Origin: Salisapilia sapeloensis CBS 127946
Taxonomy: Eukaryota; Protista; Oomycota
Assembly (NCBI GenBank): GCA_023334545.1
Contig: JAADVB010000041.1
Coordinates: 1 to 64,000 of the forward strand
Direction: 5' to 3'
Length of the DNA: 64,000 nt
Below, one piece after another: positions 32,453-44,500 of the stretch; the first letter of the stretch is position 1, and each line of letters opens with the position of its first letter. The position numbers and the translations under genes were made by a program. The notes beneath the pieces are model-generated. The model searched no databases and was not told where the DNA came from. It saw nothing but the letters and a program-made list of their open reading frames with translations.

Positions 32453-32813
32453 ATGTCGGAAGTAGAGGAGACAATGGAGCGTATCAAGGTTCATAAAGGT
32501 GTAGAAGGGTATGTTATTGCAGATCGACAAGGTACAGTCCTCCGACGCCACCCGCAGATGACGCAGCAAGAAGCTGAAAACTATGCTGCGTACATGATGG
32601 AGCTAAGTTCAAAAGCACGTGGTGTCGTGCGAGACCTCGACCCAAAGAACGACCTGGAGTTTATGCGCATTCGAATTAAAAAGAGCGAGCTCCTCATCGC
32701 CCACGGTATTTATCTTGCATCCATTCCACTAACATAACTAACCACTTGCTACCTACACAGGTAAAGACTATCTCGTCGTGGTCATACAAAAGTGGACTCC
32801 AGCCGCCACATAG
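32453..32813 (+). CDS. DYNLRB: Dynein light chain roadblock (LC7), 2 exons
   Basis: MSEVEETMERIKVHKGVEG..KARGVVRDLDPKNDLEFMRIR; 55-nt intron 32706-32760; last exon KDYLVVVIQKWTPAAT*. Confidence 0.93.
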
Positions 32814-32839
32814 GATGCAGCAGTCGACTACACTTGGTT

Positions 32840-34656
32840 CTAGAAGGAAACAAATTCTTCGGACGAATGTCTTATATCTACTTGCTTCTTTCCTCTCTCT
32901 TCGCTTCCATCTCGAGCACCTGTTGCCAGGTATCACTCGACACTTGTCCTTCTCCTTTACTAACGGCCACAAGTCGAGCTAATCTCAGCCACCGGTGCAG
33001 ATCATCCGCCTATGCTCATACATTTAGTTTTGAACAAATACCAAGTACAAGTCGACATACCTGAACGTCTTGACTATTCTGTCGACAGCTCACAAAATGT
33101 TTCTCAGCCAACTCTGCCGTCTCGTTCCCGATCTCCACCTGCATCTCTCTCATGATGCTAATATACTTTCGCATACCATCCACCTCACTAGTATCAACGA
33201 CCTTTTCGGCATCCGGTACAATCGGCAGAGATAGCGTCACAGGCAACAGACTCTTGTGCTCTGAGAAGGTTACAATAGGGGTATCTTGTGGGAAGTCCAT
33301 AGGATAGTAGTTAAAGTCGTACTCGACCACTTGTTTCTCGGTCAGTTTCTTCAGTGCATCGACGTTCTTGACACCATTTGCATGCAACTGTCCTGTGCTT
33401 AAGTAATTCTCTTTTACGAGCAGCAAAGTGCCATGACTTAGCTGCAGTTCTCCTGGATTTAATCGGTCGTTCGAGTAGTCTTTCACAGGTCGGAAGGACG
33501 ATTTGTTAAGATTGGAGAGCGACAGTTCCATTGGACATAGCAGAGGGACAAGAGAAGAAAGGCACGTTTCCAACGACTTTTCGACCGTTGTGCTGCTGTC
33601 TTCACTTGCTTTAGAGGCTAGATTAATGGAGAGATTGCCTAATGGCATCATGTCCTCTGCACGAGCGTAGACTCTCGACAAGAGTGTCAAGAGGATGTAC
33701 TCGGCTGCTAGCGTATCTCCTTGGAGACTGGAAGCAATGTACTCGATTGCTTTCTCTCGCATGTGAGCGATATCTATAGATGCATCCTTTAATATCGACT
33801 GCAGCACATCCTTTTCGTGGTTTGAGATCGCGTGTAACTGGGATTTATCAGTCGAGACGCTGGTGAAGCTGTAATTCGTCAATGGAACGTAGTTGCAACA
33901 ATGAAAGATAGCTCCAGTCTGTTGCTTTTGCTGTTCCTGAGTTAAAATGTCAGCTATGGATGGATGCGCATCGTCCGTAGGGAGCGGTTGGTCGACGAAT
34001 AAGTCGAGAAAACCGACAAACTCGAACGCATCGTTCACTTTGAACGAAGACAAGGACGTGGTCTCCGTCTCATAAACGTAGACATTAAGTTCCTGCACAT
34101 TTAAAAAGCTTGGAGCTGCTTCGTCTGTACTGTTGGAGGGTTGTGGCTTGGATTTCTTCACATGCTGGTCACTTTCTGCCTCCGTAGGTGCTGTTATATC
34201 ATCTGTCTTTGTAGATTCAGACATGGATGTGTCTTCTACAATCGACTCTGCACCACGCTTCCGGTCATTCGGTGCATGCGGAGTATCTCCAGTGGTAAAT
34301 GCCTGCTCTTGCTCAGTAGATTCATTTGCAGTGTATAACTCGGCGGCCCAAGGCGTAACATGGGGCATCACAGTCATTTTTAATTGAATACGCTCTTGTA
34401 TACGATTGCCATTGTCCTTGGACAAGTCTAGCTTTTCCAAGTCGTTTTGTATTTCGCTTGCACTCTCGTCTTTGGTTGGAAAGACGACCAATTCGGCATC
34501 ATTCATGTCCCGTATGAGACCTCGGAAGCGAAGTAGCGCGCCTTCTGTATATCCACCTCTGTGAAATGTCTCTGGCGAGAAGATAGGTATATCATCCAGA
34601 CGACCCGGTGTTGCAGTCGAGTGGTACGTAGCGAAGAGCTGCTGGAGATCGAGCAT
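32840..34656 (-). CDS. MCMBP: MCM complex-binding protein, 2 exons
   Basis: LRFRGLIRDM, GDTLAAEYILLTLLSRVY, PVKDYSNDRLNPGELQL, YDFNYYPMDFPQD; short intron near 33.01-33.06 kb, then ADDLHRWLRLARL..FVSF*. Confidence 0.92.
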
Positions 34657-34675
34657 TTTGATTGCTTGGCGGCGG

Positions 34676-34689
34676 TTTTCGCGGGAAAA
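34676..34689 (-). promoter_or_regulatory. Putative E2F/DP site upstream of MCMBP
   Basis: Gene-sense TTTTCCCGCGAAAA (contains canonical TTTCCCGC, with overlapping TTTCGCGG on the other strand), 20 nt upstream of the ATG. Confidence 0.6.
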
Positions 34690-34991
34690 GTGAATTTTCC
34701 GGATACAGTCCGTATAAAGGTGTATTCAATTACGAAGGTTGCACATTGAACTTGCATGTTTGGATGACCTATTCCAGGCTCTTCCTATCGTCTTCTGCAG
34801 GTCTGTTAAATGGGTACTTCAATGCTGTCCAATTTAATCGTACTTTATACACTTGCAAAACAAATGTAAAAGTCTTTTTTACTCAGGACGATCCCGAAGA
34901 GAAGTGATTATCTGCTCCACTTTCCGATTTGCCGACCAGCTCCCACAGCGTCCATCTCCTCAAACGAACTTCTTCTCACTGCCATATCCCC

Positions 34992-35267
34992 ATGAAGCGC
35001 GCTTTTATTCACTCAACGGCCAAATCCTTGTCCAGATCACTTAAGCGTGCGGACAACAAGGTCGCATCCAAGTTCAACCTGGCCTCGATGAACGAAGGCA
35101 AAAGTGCGTTTAACGTTTCAAGTGAACAATTATTAAAGCCGATGAAGAAGCAATCTAAGAACGCCGTGAATGAGAATCCGTTTGCTCTAGAGAATTTACT
35201 TAAAGAGACGACGAAGGGGAAGAAGAGTAACGACCCATTTAACGTTCCCAGCTCCAAACTCATGTAG
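34992..35267 (+). CDS. Putative small basic protein (91 aa), head-to-head with MCMBP
   Basis: MKRAFIHSTAKSLSRSLKRA..ENPFAL..NDPFNVPSSKLM; an upstream intron-like segment 34801-34886 suggests transcription; no homology recognised. Confidence 0.45.
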   Translation: MKRAFIHSTAKSLSRSLKRADNKVASKFNLASMNEGKSAFNVSSEQLLKPMKKQSKNAVNENPFALENLLKETTKGKKSNDPFNVPSSKLM

Positions 35268-35713
35268 AGCGCAGCCTTATAAAGGTGCTTTTCCAATCGA
35301 ATTGAAGTTTTATCCCGACTTCTTCCGACTTTATTCTTTTCTATCCTCTTTCTTTGGAATTCGTCAATGGACTTCAGATACTATCTTCCCATCGAGATGC
35401 ACTTAAATTCTATCTTTTATCTTTCATTGATTATGTTTATGCTATTATATGCTTAGTCGTTATACACTTTCATGTCTGTCTGTGCCCATGCTTGCCTTCA
35501 CAGTGAAGAGGTCATGCAAAGAAAAGTTATACTTAGAATGGATTCTGAACTGACTCATATCTACCTCGCGTTCCTTACAGGTACTAGCACTACGTTCCTG
35601 TGTACCTAACTGGAAGCTGTTTTTAACCAGTACAAGATCGAGTTGCTCTTATCAACATACGTGGTTATACAAGAAAGCAAAGGAAAGATATCTTTCAATC
35701 CAATCTGATTGAT

Positions 35714-36834
35714 TTACTGCAGCAGCTTTCGAAGGATGTTGACAGACTCGAGAAGAGTTCGAGGATACTTTGGTGTCTTTTGCTCAAAATCTCCTGCTTG
35801 GTCGATTCGATCCGCAATCTGTTCGAGTGTCAGTTCAGACTTTTCAAGTCGTAAACCGGGTGCCTGTTGCCAACGAACTTCACCAAACCATCCACCGCCC
35901 ACTTCATACACTTTTCCACTGCGACTACAGTCTTCATGGCAAAGATATGCAACGTATGGAGCTACATTTTCAGGCGTAAGCTTCTCTAGCAGCTTTTCTT
36001 CCAAAATGCCTTCTGTCATCTGTGACGCAGCAAGTGGGGCCACGGCGTTGACAGCGATACCGTCCTTGGCTCCCTCTTGGGCAAGCGTGAAAGTAAGGCC
36101 ACATAGTCCACTTTTCGCAGCGGAATAGTTTGCTTGTCCAAAGTTTCCATACAACCCGGAAGCGGATGTGATGTTCACAATTCGACCGTACTTTGCTTGC
36201 TTCATGTACGGCCAAGCAGCTTGAGTAATGCTACAGAAGCATGTGAGATGATGGTAAGAGTGGATATCGCGTCTACAATACGTTTTTGTGCCCGTAAGAT
36301 GGACGTCAAGTACATCTGTCCAATCCTGTTCGGACAGCTTTGGGAAGGATTTATCACGGATAATACCTGTAGCAGCCATCGTTATTAAGCATGAACATAT
36401 AGAGAAAATGCTAAAGAAAGAATATACCAGCGTTGTTAATGAGAATGTCCACTTGTCCCCCTATACTAGCAGTTAATAATGGAAGAGTAGTAGTGAGAGA
36501 CTTCTATGCTCTCACATTTGTCCATGGCTTGTTCGACGATATTGCTTCCCTTAAGAATATCGTCACCATTGGCAATTGCTACCCCATTGCTTTCGCGTAT
36601 AGACTGTGCCACTGTCTCTCCGGCCTTTTGGTTGACATCATTTACGATTACACGGGCTCCTTTAGAGCCCAAGTACTGCGCATACGCTCGACCAAGGCCT
36701 TGGCCAGCTCCTGTGACTATGGCGACTGTGTTCAAAGAGACAGGTGACACCGAGACAGTCGAAGGGAGATAAAATTAGTGCTTGAGTATACTCATTTCTT
36801 TTGTTATTGCAGTACCTCGGTTGCTAAAGTTCAT
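35714..36834 (-). CDS. Short-chain dehydrogenase like the (3R)-hydroxyacyl-CoA dehydrogenase domain of peroxisomal MFE-2/HSD17B4, multi-exon
   Basis: Start 36834 MNFSNR, intron, then VAIVTGAGQGLGRAYA; GRIVNITSASGLYGNFGQANYSAAK (YxxxK); YEVGGGW. Confidence 0.88.
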
Positions 36835-38514
36835 GTTCGAGCAAGACGCGAGCGGTCTTTAGATGCAATAAGTTAGTTTGGGTAGAAAGCATTGCCATAA
36901 CAACTTATGAGGTAGAGTGCGTGATAAATCTCAAGATGTGAGAATGATTTTCAGTTTGCAGCGAATATTGATATATACTTCAAATGAAAACCATGCTGTG
37001 GAATATACCTTTGTATACGCGTATGTGTTGATAAGCTTTGTGTACTTGTCACGCAAAGAGCTAGACTCGATTTGATTGAGCTCCCTTTTCATCAGATCCG
37101 GATAAATGTCCTGCAAAGATTACGTAAGCAACCATATCCCTACTGAGTAAAGCTTCAAGTGCATATGTTAGCAAGAGACAGATACGGACCTCTCTTCAAC
37201 ATCAATTTCTAGGTAGCTGACGACTATCGAGTGTTAAACTTAAGATCATACATCGTTGGAGTCCGACCTAACAGGAGTATCTCCTCTCACAGAAGCCGTT
37301 GAACCTTCGAAAGAATCAAGTACATGATGTATGGTGCATGAATATATGTTGTCATTCGAGCTTTTCCATCCGAGTGCACAAGTCGCATTCTATCAGAAAG
37401 GAGATCGATTGATGCACAGCGATTCAGCGCATTCTGCTTAATAGAAGTAGGAAAAAGAAATTTTCCATAGCTCCTCGATGCATACATGCAACTAAAGCTA
37501 TGAATTGTACAGACGACAGGTAAGTATCTTGCTACGAGCAAATGATCGTCGAGTGGATGGCTTTGTATCTTCATCACAAAAGAAATTTATAAATGATTTT
37601 ATTTAAAAAGATAAACTTTGAATGGCAGCGAAATTGTGCGAATGCTTCTTGAATATTGTGTAGATCATTTATCTCGTTTTCAGAGGTTCGATCTCGACTA
37701 TCCTAGCATGCTGGTTTTTACGATAAATGACCTTGATTCTCAATATGTCGACCATGATAAGCAAGATATATCAAGATGCTTGGTTTATTTTATCCCATCT
37801 ATCTAATTTGTTTATGCTTATATTGATGTTACTATTCATTTTCATCTTTCGCTGTCTATTGATACGCCGCCATGGAAATTCCGGTTCACTACAAAAATGT
37901 TAAACTATATATATGGGAAGTACTATTTTTATTCGAGTGAAAGACGGACTGCTGTATTGGACACCAATAGTTTCTAGCTATAGAGGTAGACGCTGCATCC
38001 GAGTACGCATTGGATCCTCTTTAAGCTTTTTAAGACCCCGACGACGCGTGGTCCATTTTTAATCTGATCGAGAGCGCATAGAATACCTCGCGATACGAGA
38101 AGCATGAGAGAGTCATATTTGGTATTCAAGCTGTAGTATTCAAATCCACACGAGTAGTAAAGTGGCGTTGTATCGTACACGCTGTGTGGGATGGAATAAT
38201 TTCCAAATTTTGCTCGAAGGACATACGTACGTGCCTGTGCTTCCGATTATCACAAATAACTACCTGGTCGTTCCAATGACAGAACCAACAGTCTAAATGA
38301 ATGCATCTGGAAAAAAATCGGTAGATGTAGACCGCAAAATATAATGGATAAAAGTTGCGTCTGTTCTTCTCTTGGTTAAATTTGACGCGGAAATTATCAA
38401 AATATCAGCCAGGTTATCATTCCAAGTTACCAGGTCTAAAATCCACTGTTGACTGCAGCCAAACCTTACGTCCATTAATTTTACTTTTCACTGCCGGTTA
38501 CACGACCATACTCT

Positions 38515-41500
38515 CTACTTTGCCGATTCCATCTTTGCCGACTTCGCCATCTCCAAATCTACTTTTTGGCATACAACACGCAATTCAGATCGCTGCCACT
38601 TGTGGCCGTTCCCTCGACTGCAGACAAACGCTTTCATTGTCTCCTCGCAAGCTTTAAGCTTGCTAAGTAAATCCCATAGATCTTTCTGCGCATTCGTTGA
38701 ATACCACTTCAAGCCTTTGTACAGCTCACAAGCAGTTGTAGACAGTGTTTCTTGTGGTTGTATCCCAATGTCAGCATCGCCAATACTCAGACGGATGGAC
38801 GACATGAACCTAACGCGACCTACGGCGTTCACAGCATACAATGCCAATCTAGCATTGAAAAATTGATTTTGAGACTTTGTGGGTGGACTCCAAATGTGGC
38901 CTAAGATCGCATGGGCTTCTTGGCCATCCAACAATGCCACCGTATTGTCTCGAAGGGTAATCATTGGGTCAGATATCCAAAGGTGCTTATCTAGCCCCTT
39001 GCATCGATAAGATTTGCGGTATGTGCTCTTCGTTTTAGTCATCATGTGTCGGAAGTTAAGCGTACAACAAAGTCTAGAAAGGTCCCACCGAATCCTGTTA
39101 CCCAATGTAGCTCCGATTCTCCGTGTGAAGAAATATCCGAGCTGCCTGGTGTCAATAAGATACTTGACATCATGTGCGGAGGTTGCTCTTAAAGCTGCTC
39201 AGTAGTCCCAAAGAGCATGTTCGCAGCAGTTCACGGATGACAGGGGTATCTCCGCTTCTTCTTTCTCCTCCCCTTCGACCTGAAACTCAGTCTCTTGATT
39301 GTTAGAGTGCGAACCTACGACCACTTCGCTATCAAATCCGTACGATCGACCTTTTTCAGCCATGTGTCGAATGATAGCAGGTAAGAGCGACCGATCTCTA
39401 GTTGAAACCTCGGGATACGCCTTACTGACGCTATTCGAAATAACATGAGCAACCTTTTTTTGTTTTGTTTGGATCGTCATATTGGCGTGCGAGACTCCAC
39501 TCATCCTCAATCAACTCTGCACTCTGAGACATACGTGCCCGATTAAAGTGAGCATCATTGCCAGCCCATCCCGTCAATCCATGCACCGCTTCCGATATAG
39601 CGCTAGTCATTACCCATCCCAGAATCTCAAATGTGGAAGATTGCTTTGTGCGAGTCTTGTGTCCGTGCTTTCAAATACTCTCAGTCACCTCTTCCAAAGC
39701 GGCAAAGTGCAGTTGCTGATGGCATCCAAGCTGGCGCAGGCGACCTGCTCCTTGCATAAGCTTATCTTTCGTGATTTCAGGCCCGAGTGTCTGCAATGCA
39801 GATGCCTTCATCTGAAGCTACATGTCGGCTGCGCGCAACCGAGTCTCATCGAAGATCACAAACGTGTCCCTCTCTTGAATCGCAGAGTTACTAAGCCGAG
39901 ACAAAAAGTTACGCTCCTTCTCCATCACAACCCGGCAATCGTATCCACATCGGGTGTCAAAGTACGTTACTCCCTTGAAGGAAAACTCATCTCGGTCGGT
40001 GAGGTAGGTAGCAACATCGTGAATAGACACACCAGCTAGCAACGCACTGGTATCAATGATATCATTTTGCGCTTTCTTCAATGCTAAAATGACAACTTCT
40101 TGCCATACGACACAGCTCGAGACGCCATTGCAAATGACTTCGAATCCTTGACTCACTTTCAAAATCAAGGTCAGCATCTTTGAATCCGTACCACACAACG
40201 ACGATTCACTTGGCTCGCATTGCCTGTCGGACAATGGGAGCAAGCGAAGGTTATCCTTCGTGCCAGAAAAGCCCACCACTTGTTCTCCGGCACTAAGATT
40301 CCATGCTGTGCGCGAGAGTCTTTGCTAATACTGAGCTATATCAGTTAGGAAAGCGTGGTAGTCAAGGAAGGCGTTAATTAGAGGCGTCGAATATCGAGAA
40401 ATCTCAATGATCCGTTTTCGCTGGCTTCGACCATTCAGACTGATATAGTCAAAACTTTGCACCTTGGCAAATGTTTCCTGCTTGAGCCCATCTTTGACGG
40501 AATTAAAACATTTGACGTAGTGGTACTTTTGACTGGCCATGCCCAGTCGAATCATGGTCTTGAAGATGCTGATAGCCTCCCTATTTTCTAGTTCATACTG
40601 TTAGTAAGACAACTGCGTCAAGAAGATGCTGACACCCCGTTGACTGAATTCCGATCGGTCACTTGTCAAGCCGGCGACTCGAAATCGAACTGCCAGTCGC
40701 TTCTTGTGGGAGTCTCGTAGTGGCAGTCCATATTCCACACGATGGCGCTTCAGCAGACAGTAATGCAATATCCCGTGCGCTACAAGTCCACAAAGACTTC
40801 GCAACGAGGCCGTAAAATTTGTCAGTTTCTATGCGAGAGCTTCGCCCAGCGCTTCTTGTAAACTTCGAGAAGCATCCATGATGGCGCTTACCAACTTGTC
40901 CTTCGTCTTGGGATTCCCTTTGCCAAATTTTTCGAGCCATAAAAGGTCAGAAGGAGCATGATGGATTATAACCTCTGCTAGCGCACACTTAAAACGCTTG
41001 CTCCAATTATTATCGGACTTCGTCTAGGGTTTATTCGAAGTTCGTTGTATGCTCCGAGTCGATCCCAGTACTCACTCACGATACTGCTTGCGTTGTCTTG
41101 TGCAAGTAGCTGCGATGTTTGAACGCTTCCATTGCTCACGACCACTTAAAGAAGTGCTTGGGCTGCCGTCCATCGATCTGCACTGTTCACAAGCGGAATT
41201 AGGTGGCCCATGGCGTATACTAAGTGGTACTTGTAATGCAGGAGTGCATCCGATTGATCCAGAATGTCAATATACTATTCTGGACGGAGCAATTCGTAGA
41301 TGAGAGTTACAATCGCTTTCATCTCCCTATCATTAGCGTTAGCATACTCTAGCCGCTTTAGCTTCAACGATAGTCGACGCTCTGGAGCAACCATCATGAA
41401 CCCTCCACCCCGCTTGGTTTCTTTGATCCTTTCTCGCATTGATTCCAGAATACACAATGAAATATCCAAACCACGATTTAAGGGCTGCTCGAAAATGCCA

Positions 41501-44500
41501 ATCCAGCGCTACTGGCTGTCCGGTAGCGGTGCATGTAGTGACGCGTTTTGCTGAGGAACAGCGTGAGGAAGTGTGTACGGGCAACTTGGTTCGGCTGATG
41601 CTCGCTGAAATACAGTAGAAGCATGGGAAGAATGACTCGCGTCTTCCCTCGACCCATGTTGAGCTGACAGATTGGACCTCAGTTCTCGATTAAATGCTTG
41701 GCGTTCACATACTGCCCACGTCGAATCTGGATGCAGCCTTCTACTTCAAATGGCAGCCATAATCGGTGCTCTTTACTGTCCCATTCACGGACACAATGCA
41801 AGTCGTCGATAAAGTGCTGGAGAGACACCAATAGCAAATGCACTCCACGATACTTAAACTGATCCAATTCGTCTTTAAGGACCCACAACTCGCTGAACGT
41901 CATACTGCATGCTAAAAGTTCACGCAATCTTGGTAATTAAGCTTGGGCGCTAGACGCTGAAGTCTTAGCAGATCAAACGAGCGTCGTACGATGTCCACCG
42001 CTATCAACTTGGGTGCGCAGTTTGCACTAGCCAGCAACCGGTCGCGATCACTGCCTTTATCATGTGTGAAAGCTTCACGTAAATAATTCTCCATATCCGA
42101 TCGGTGCGCTCGTACTTTGTCCAGACACTTTCGGACTACTTCTAGAATTTAAGGAAGCTCTACCGAGATCATTAGATGGCCATGATTGTGCCAAGGATAC
42201 CAACTGTCCACTAGCTCTGCTTGCATTTCACGACCCATTTGGCTACGTGCTATTTCAGACACTGGAAACTCTCTAGACTTGCTGTTTACATGCAGGTTCA
42301 CCAATGCAGCCAACTCCTTTTCGACCTCCTTGATAAACGAGTGATCAACAAGTGGTGAAGAAACTGCTAAAGATATCACCTTGCTATGCAGTTTCGACTT
42401 CACACTCGTCATGGCATGACCCAGGATCTTTTGCCTTTTCCGCAAACTGAAGTGACAACGAAGTCAATTACATACTAGAGTCGTGGCTCACATGGCGTGG
42501 TATCAGTCTTTCTGGTCAACGTACCAACATTTTAGGTTATCATTATCCTGCATTCCAGACAAAAACGCATTCCAGTTATTCTCGACGAGTAGATGTTCGA
42601 TATAGATCGGAGTTATGGGCTTTGTGTATCCGAATTTGACCAAATTTTACAACAGGCTCACTTTTATTGATAAGGCCGGCTATTTCGACATACACGCAAC
42701 GTTTGCAACGCTGCTTCCATGCCCATCATGTTAGGCTGAGCATTGGGTAATGATGTGCTTGAACTGGCGTACAACACCGCTAGTTGTAGTCTCACGCATA
42801 TAAATTCAGCCACAAATGTCTTCAAACGCGGATGCTCATCATATACAACATAGTCAAGCTATGCGTCACAAGCAGTGGGTACTTCGACATCTACCATGCC
42901 ATGCGCGCCGATGCACAAAATTCCAGCGGGCACCAGAATCCGCAATTGTGGGGAATTTTAATCCTCACTATCGAACGGTCGAACAACGAGGCATCGCCGA
43001 AATCGGGAAATGCAACCATCAAGCTGCTGATTGGTATCCAATTAGTCTCCTCTAATATTGATCGGCTCCAGCTGACTATGTTTTGACAGCTCGAAACTTA
43101 GATTGTACCGGGGCAGGTCGACTTTGAACGACTTTGCAGGTGTAAGCTTATAGTGCATGAATTCTAGCGACTCAAATTTCCCAAGTGCACCGCACACACT
43201 CACTTTATCGCGCACCAGTGCGGTGTATGTGTCTCATCTCTTCATCACATCAGACACTGGCCAGTCCTTCTCCGCACGAGGTACTTCATAGCAAAAACTT
43301 TTTCCGTTATTGCCGAACTGTATGATGTAGTAGACAGATCGCTCCAGAGCAGACTTTGGACGAAACACGACGCAGCTTTCATCCACAGAGTACCGATGGG
43401 AATACAGCTCATACAACCGTGGTGGGTACGTACGCTTCAACTTCTTGCGCATATCTCGCTTACAAAGCCGGAACGTGTCACACGAAAAATCTCCAATGTC
43501 GCTCTCTTCGAACAAAAGATCAGTCGCTTCCAAACTCGCAATCTTATTGTAGCGTTTTCCGATACGACGGATTGATCTGAATGTACTCTTGTTCCTTGAT
43601 ACTTCAAAGCCACGGTCACCAAAAAGCTCTTGAAATTGTGTCATCTTTCGAGTCTAAGAACGGAAAATTCCAGGCTCGGTACCATTTGTCAACACAATCC
43701 CATTCAGCAGATTGAGAGCATAGTGTGTCATGGATTGTGTGTCATACGCTTCAAAACTTGCCGATAGGTCTTTCGTTGTGTTGGCTCTAGACTCAATGGC
43801 AGTCCACAACAAATCATTTGGTACACTCCCGTTTACGAGTTTCATAAGAGACTTCAGAAACTGAGAGCGTCGACCAATTGATTCATAGAATAGTATATCC
43901 AAATTAGTCGTCCAGTTTATATTGTTTAATACGCAGACGCCGTGACGCGCCAAGATTTCTTCGGTCTCCGCTTTCATTGTCTGAATTGAAGCCCAAAGCG
44001 ATGTGTCACCAGAAAACGTTTGGCATTATAGAAGAGCACAATCAACTAACAGATATCATTACATTAGAGAGCGTTTGGCGAACTCGCGGACATACTTATA
44101 GTAGCGTAACCGTACAAGACACACTCTATTGCGCGTAATTTAGCAACTTCAGTTGCCTTGTAGATCTTCATCGAGGCGCACTCTGCTGGACAAATCTCAA
44201 GCCACTTGTGACACATAGCAACATACTCGCGGACAACCGGAATTGCGCCATCATGGTACTGAGAGAGCCACCCAGTGAGCTCACTCAGCAATGACATCGA
44301 CTTAAAGCTGCGAGATATATGCGATAAGGCCTCTGTCGTGCTCTTGAGTGCGTTCAAGAATACTTCGTATCCATTGTACTTAGTCATATCAAACTTTCTC
44401 AGCACCGCAGATCAATCTTAATTCGATAGCTCACCAACGTGGTAAATAGCTTGCTAAATCACCGCTTTTACTGCCGGATGTTCCCAATGCAGCTTGTTTT

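Noticed and set aside
37517-37527. Minus-strand ATACTTACCTG, identical to the U1 snRNA 5' end
   Set aside because: The downstream sequence lacks recognisable U1-70K and U1A loops and a proper Sm site. It is the reverse complement of a consensus donor CAG|GTAAGTAT, and I could not build a plus-strand gene around it.
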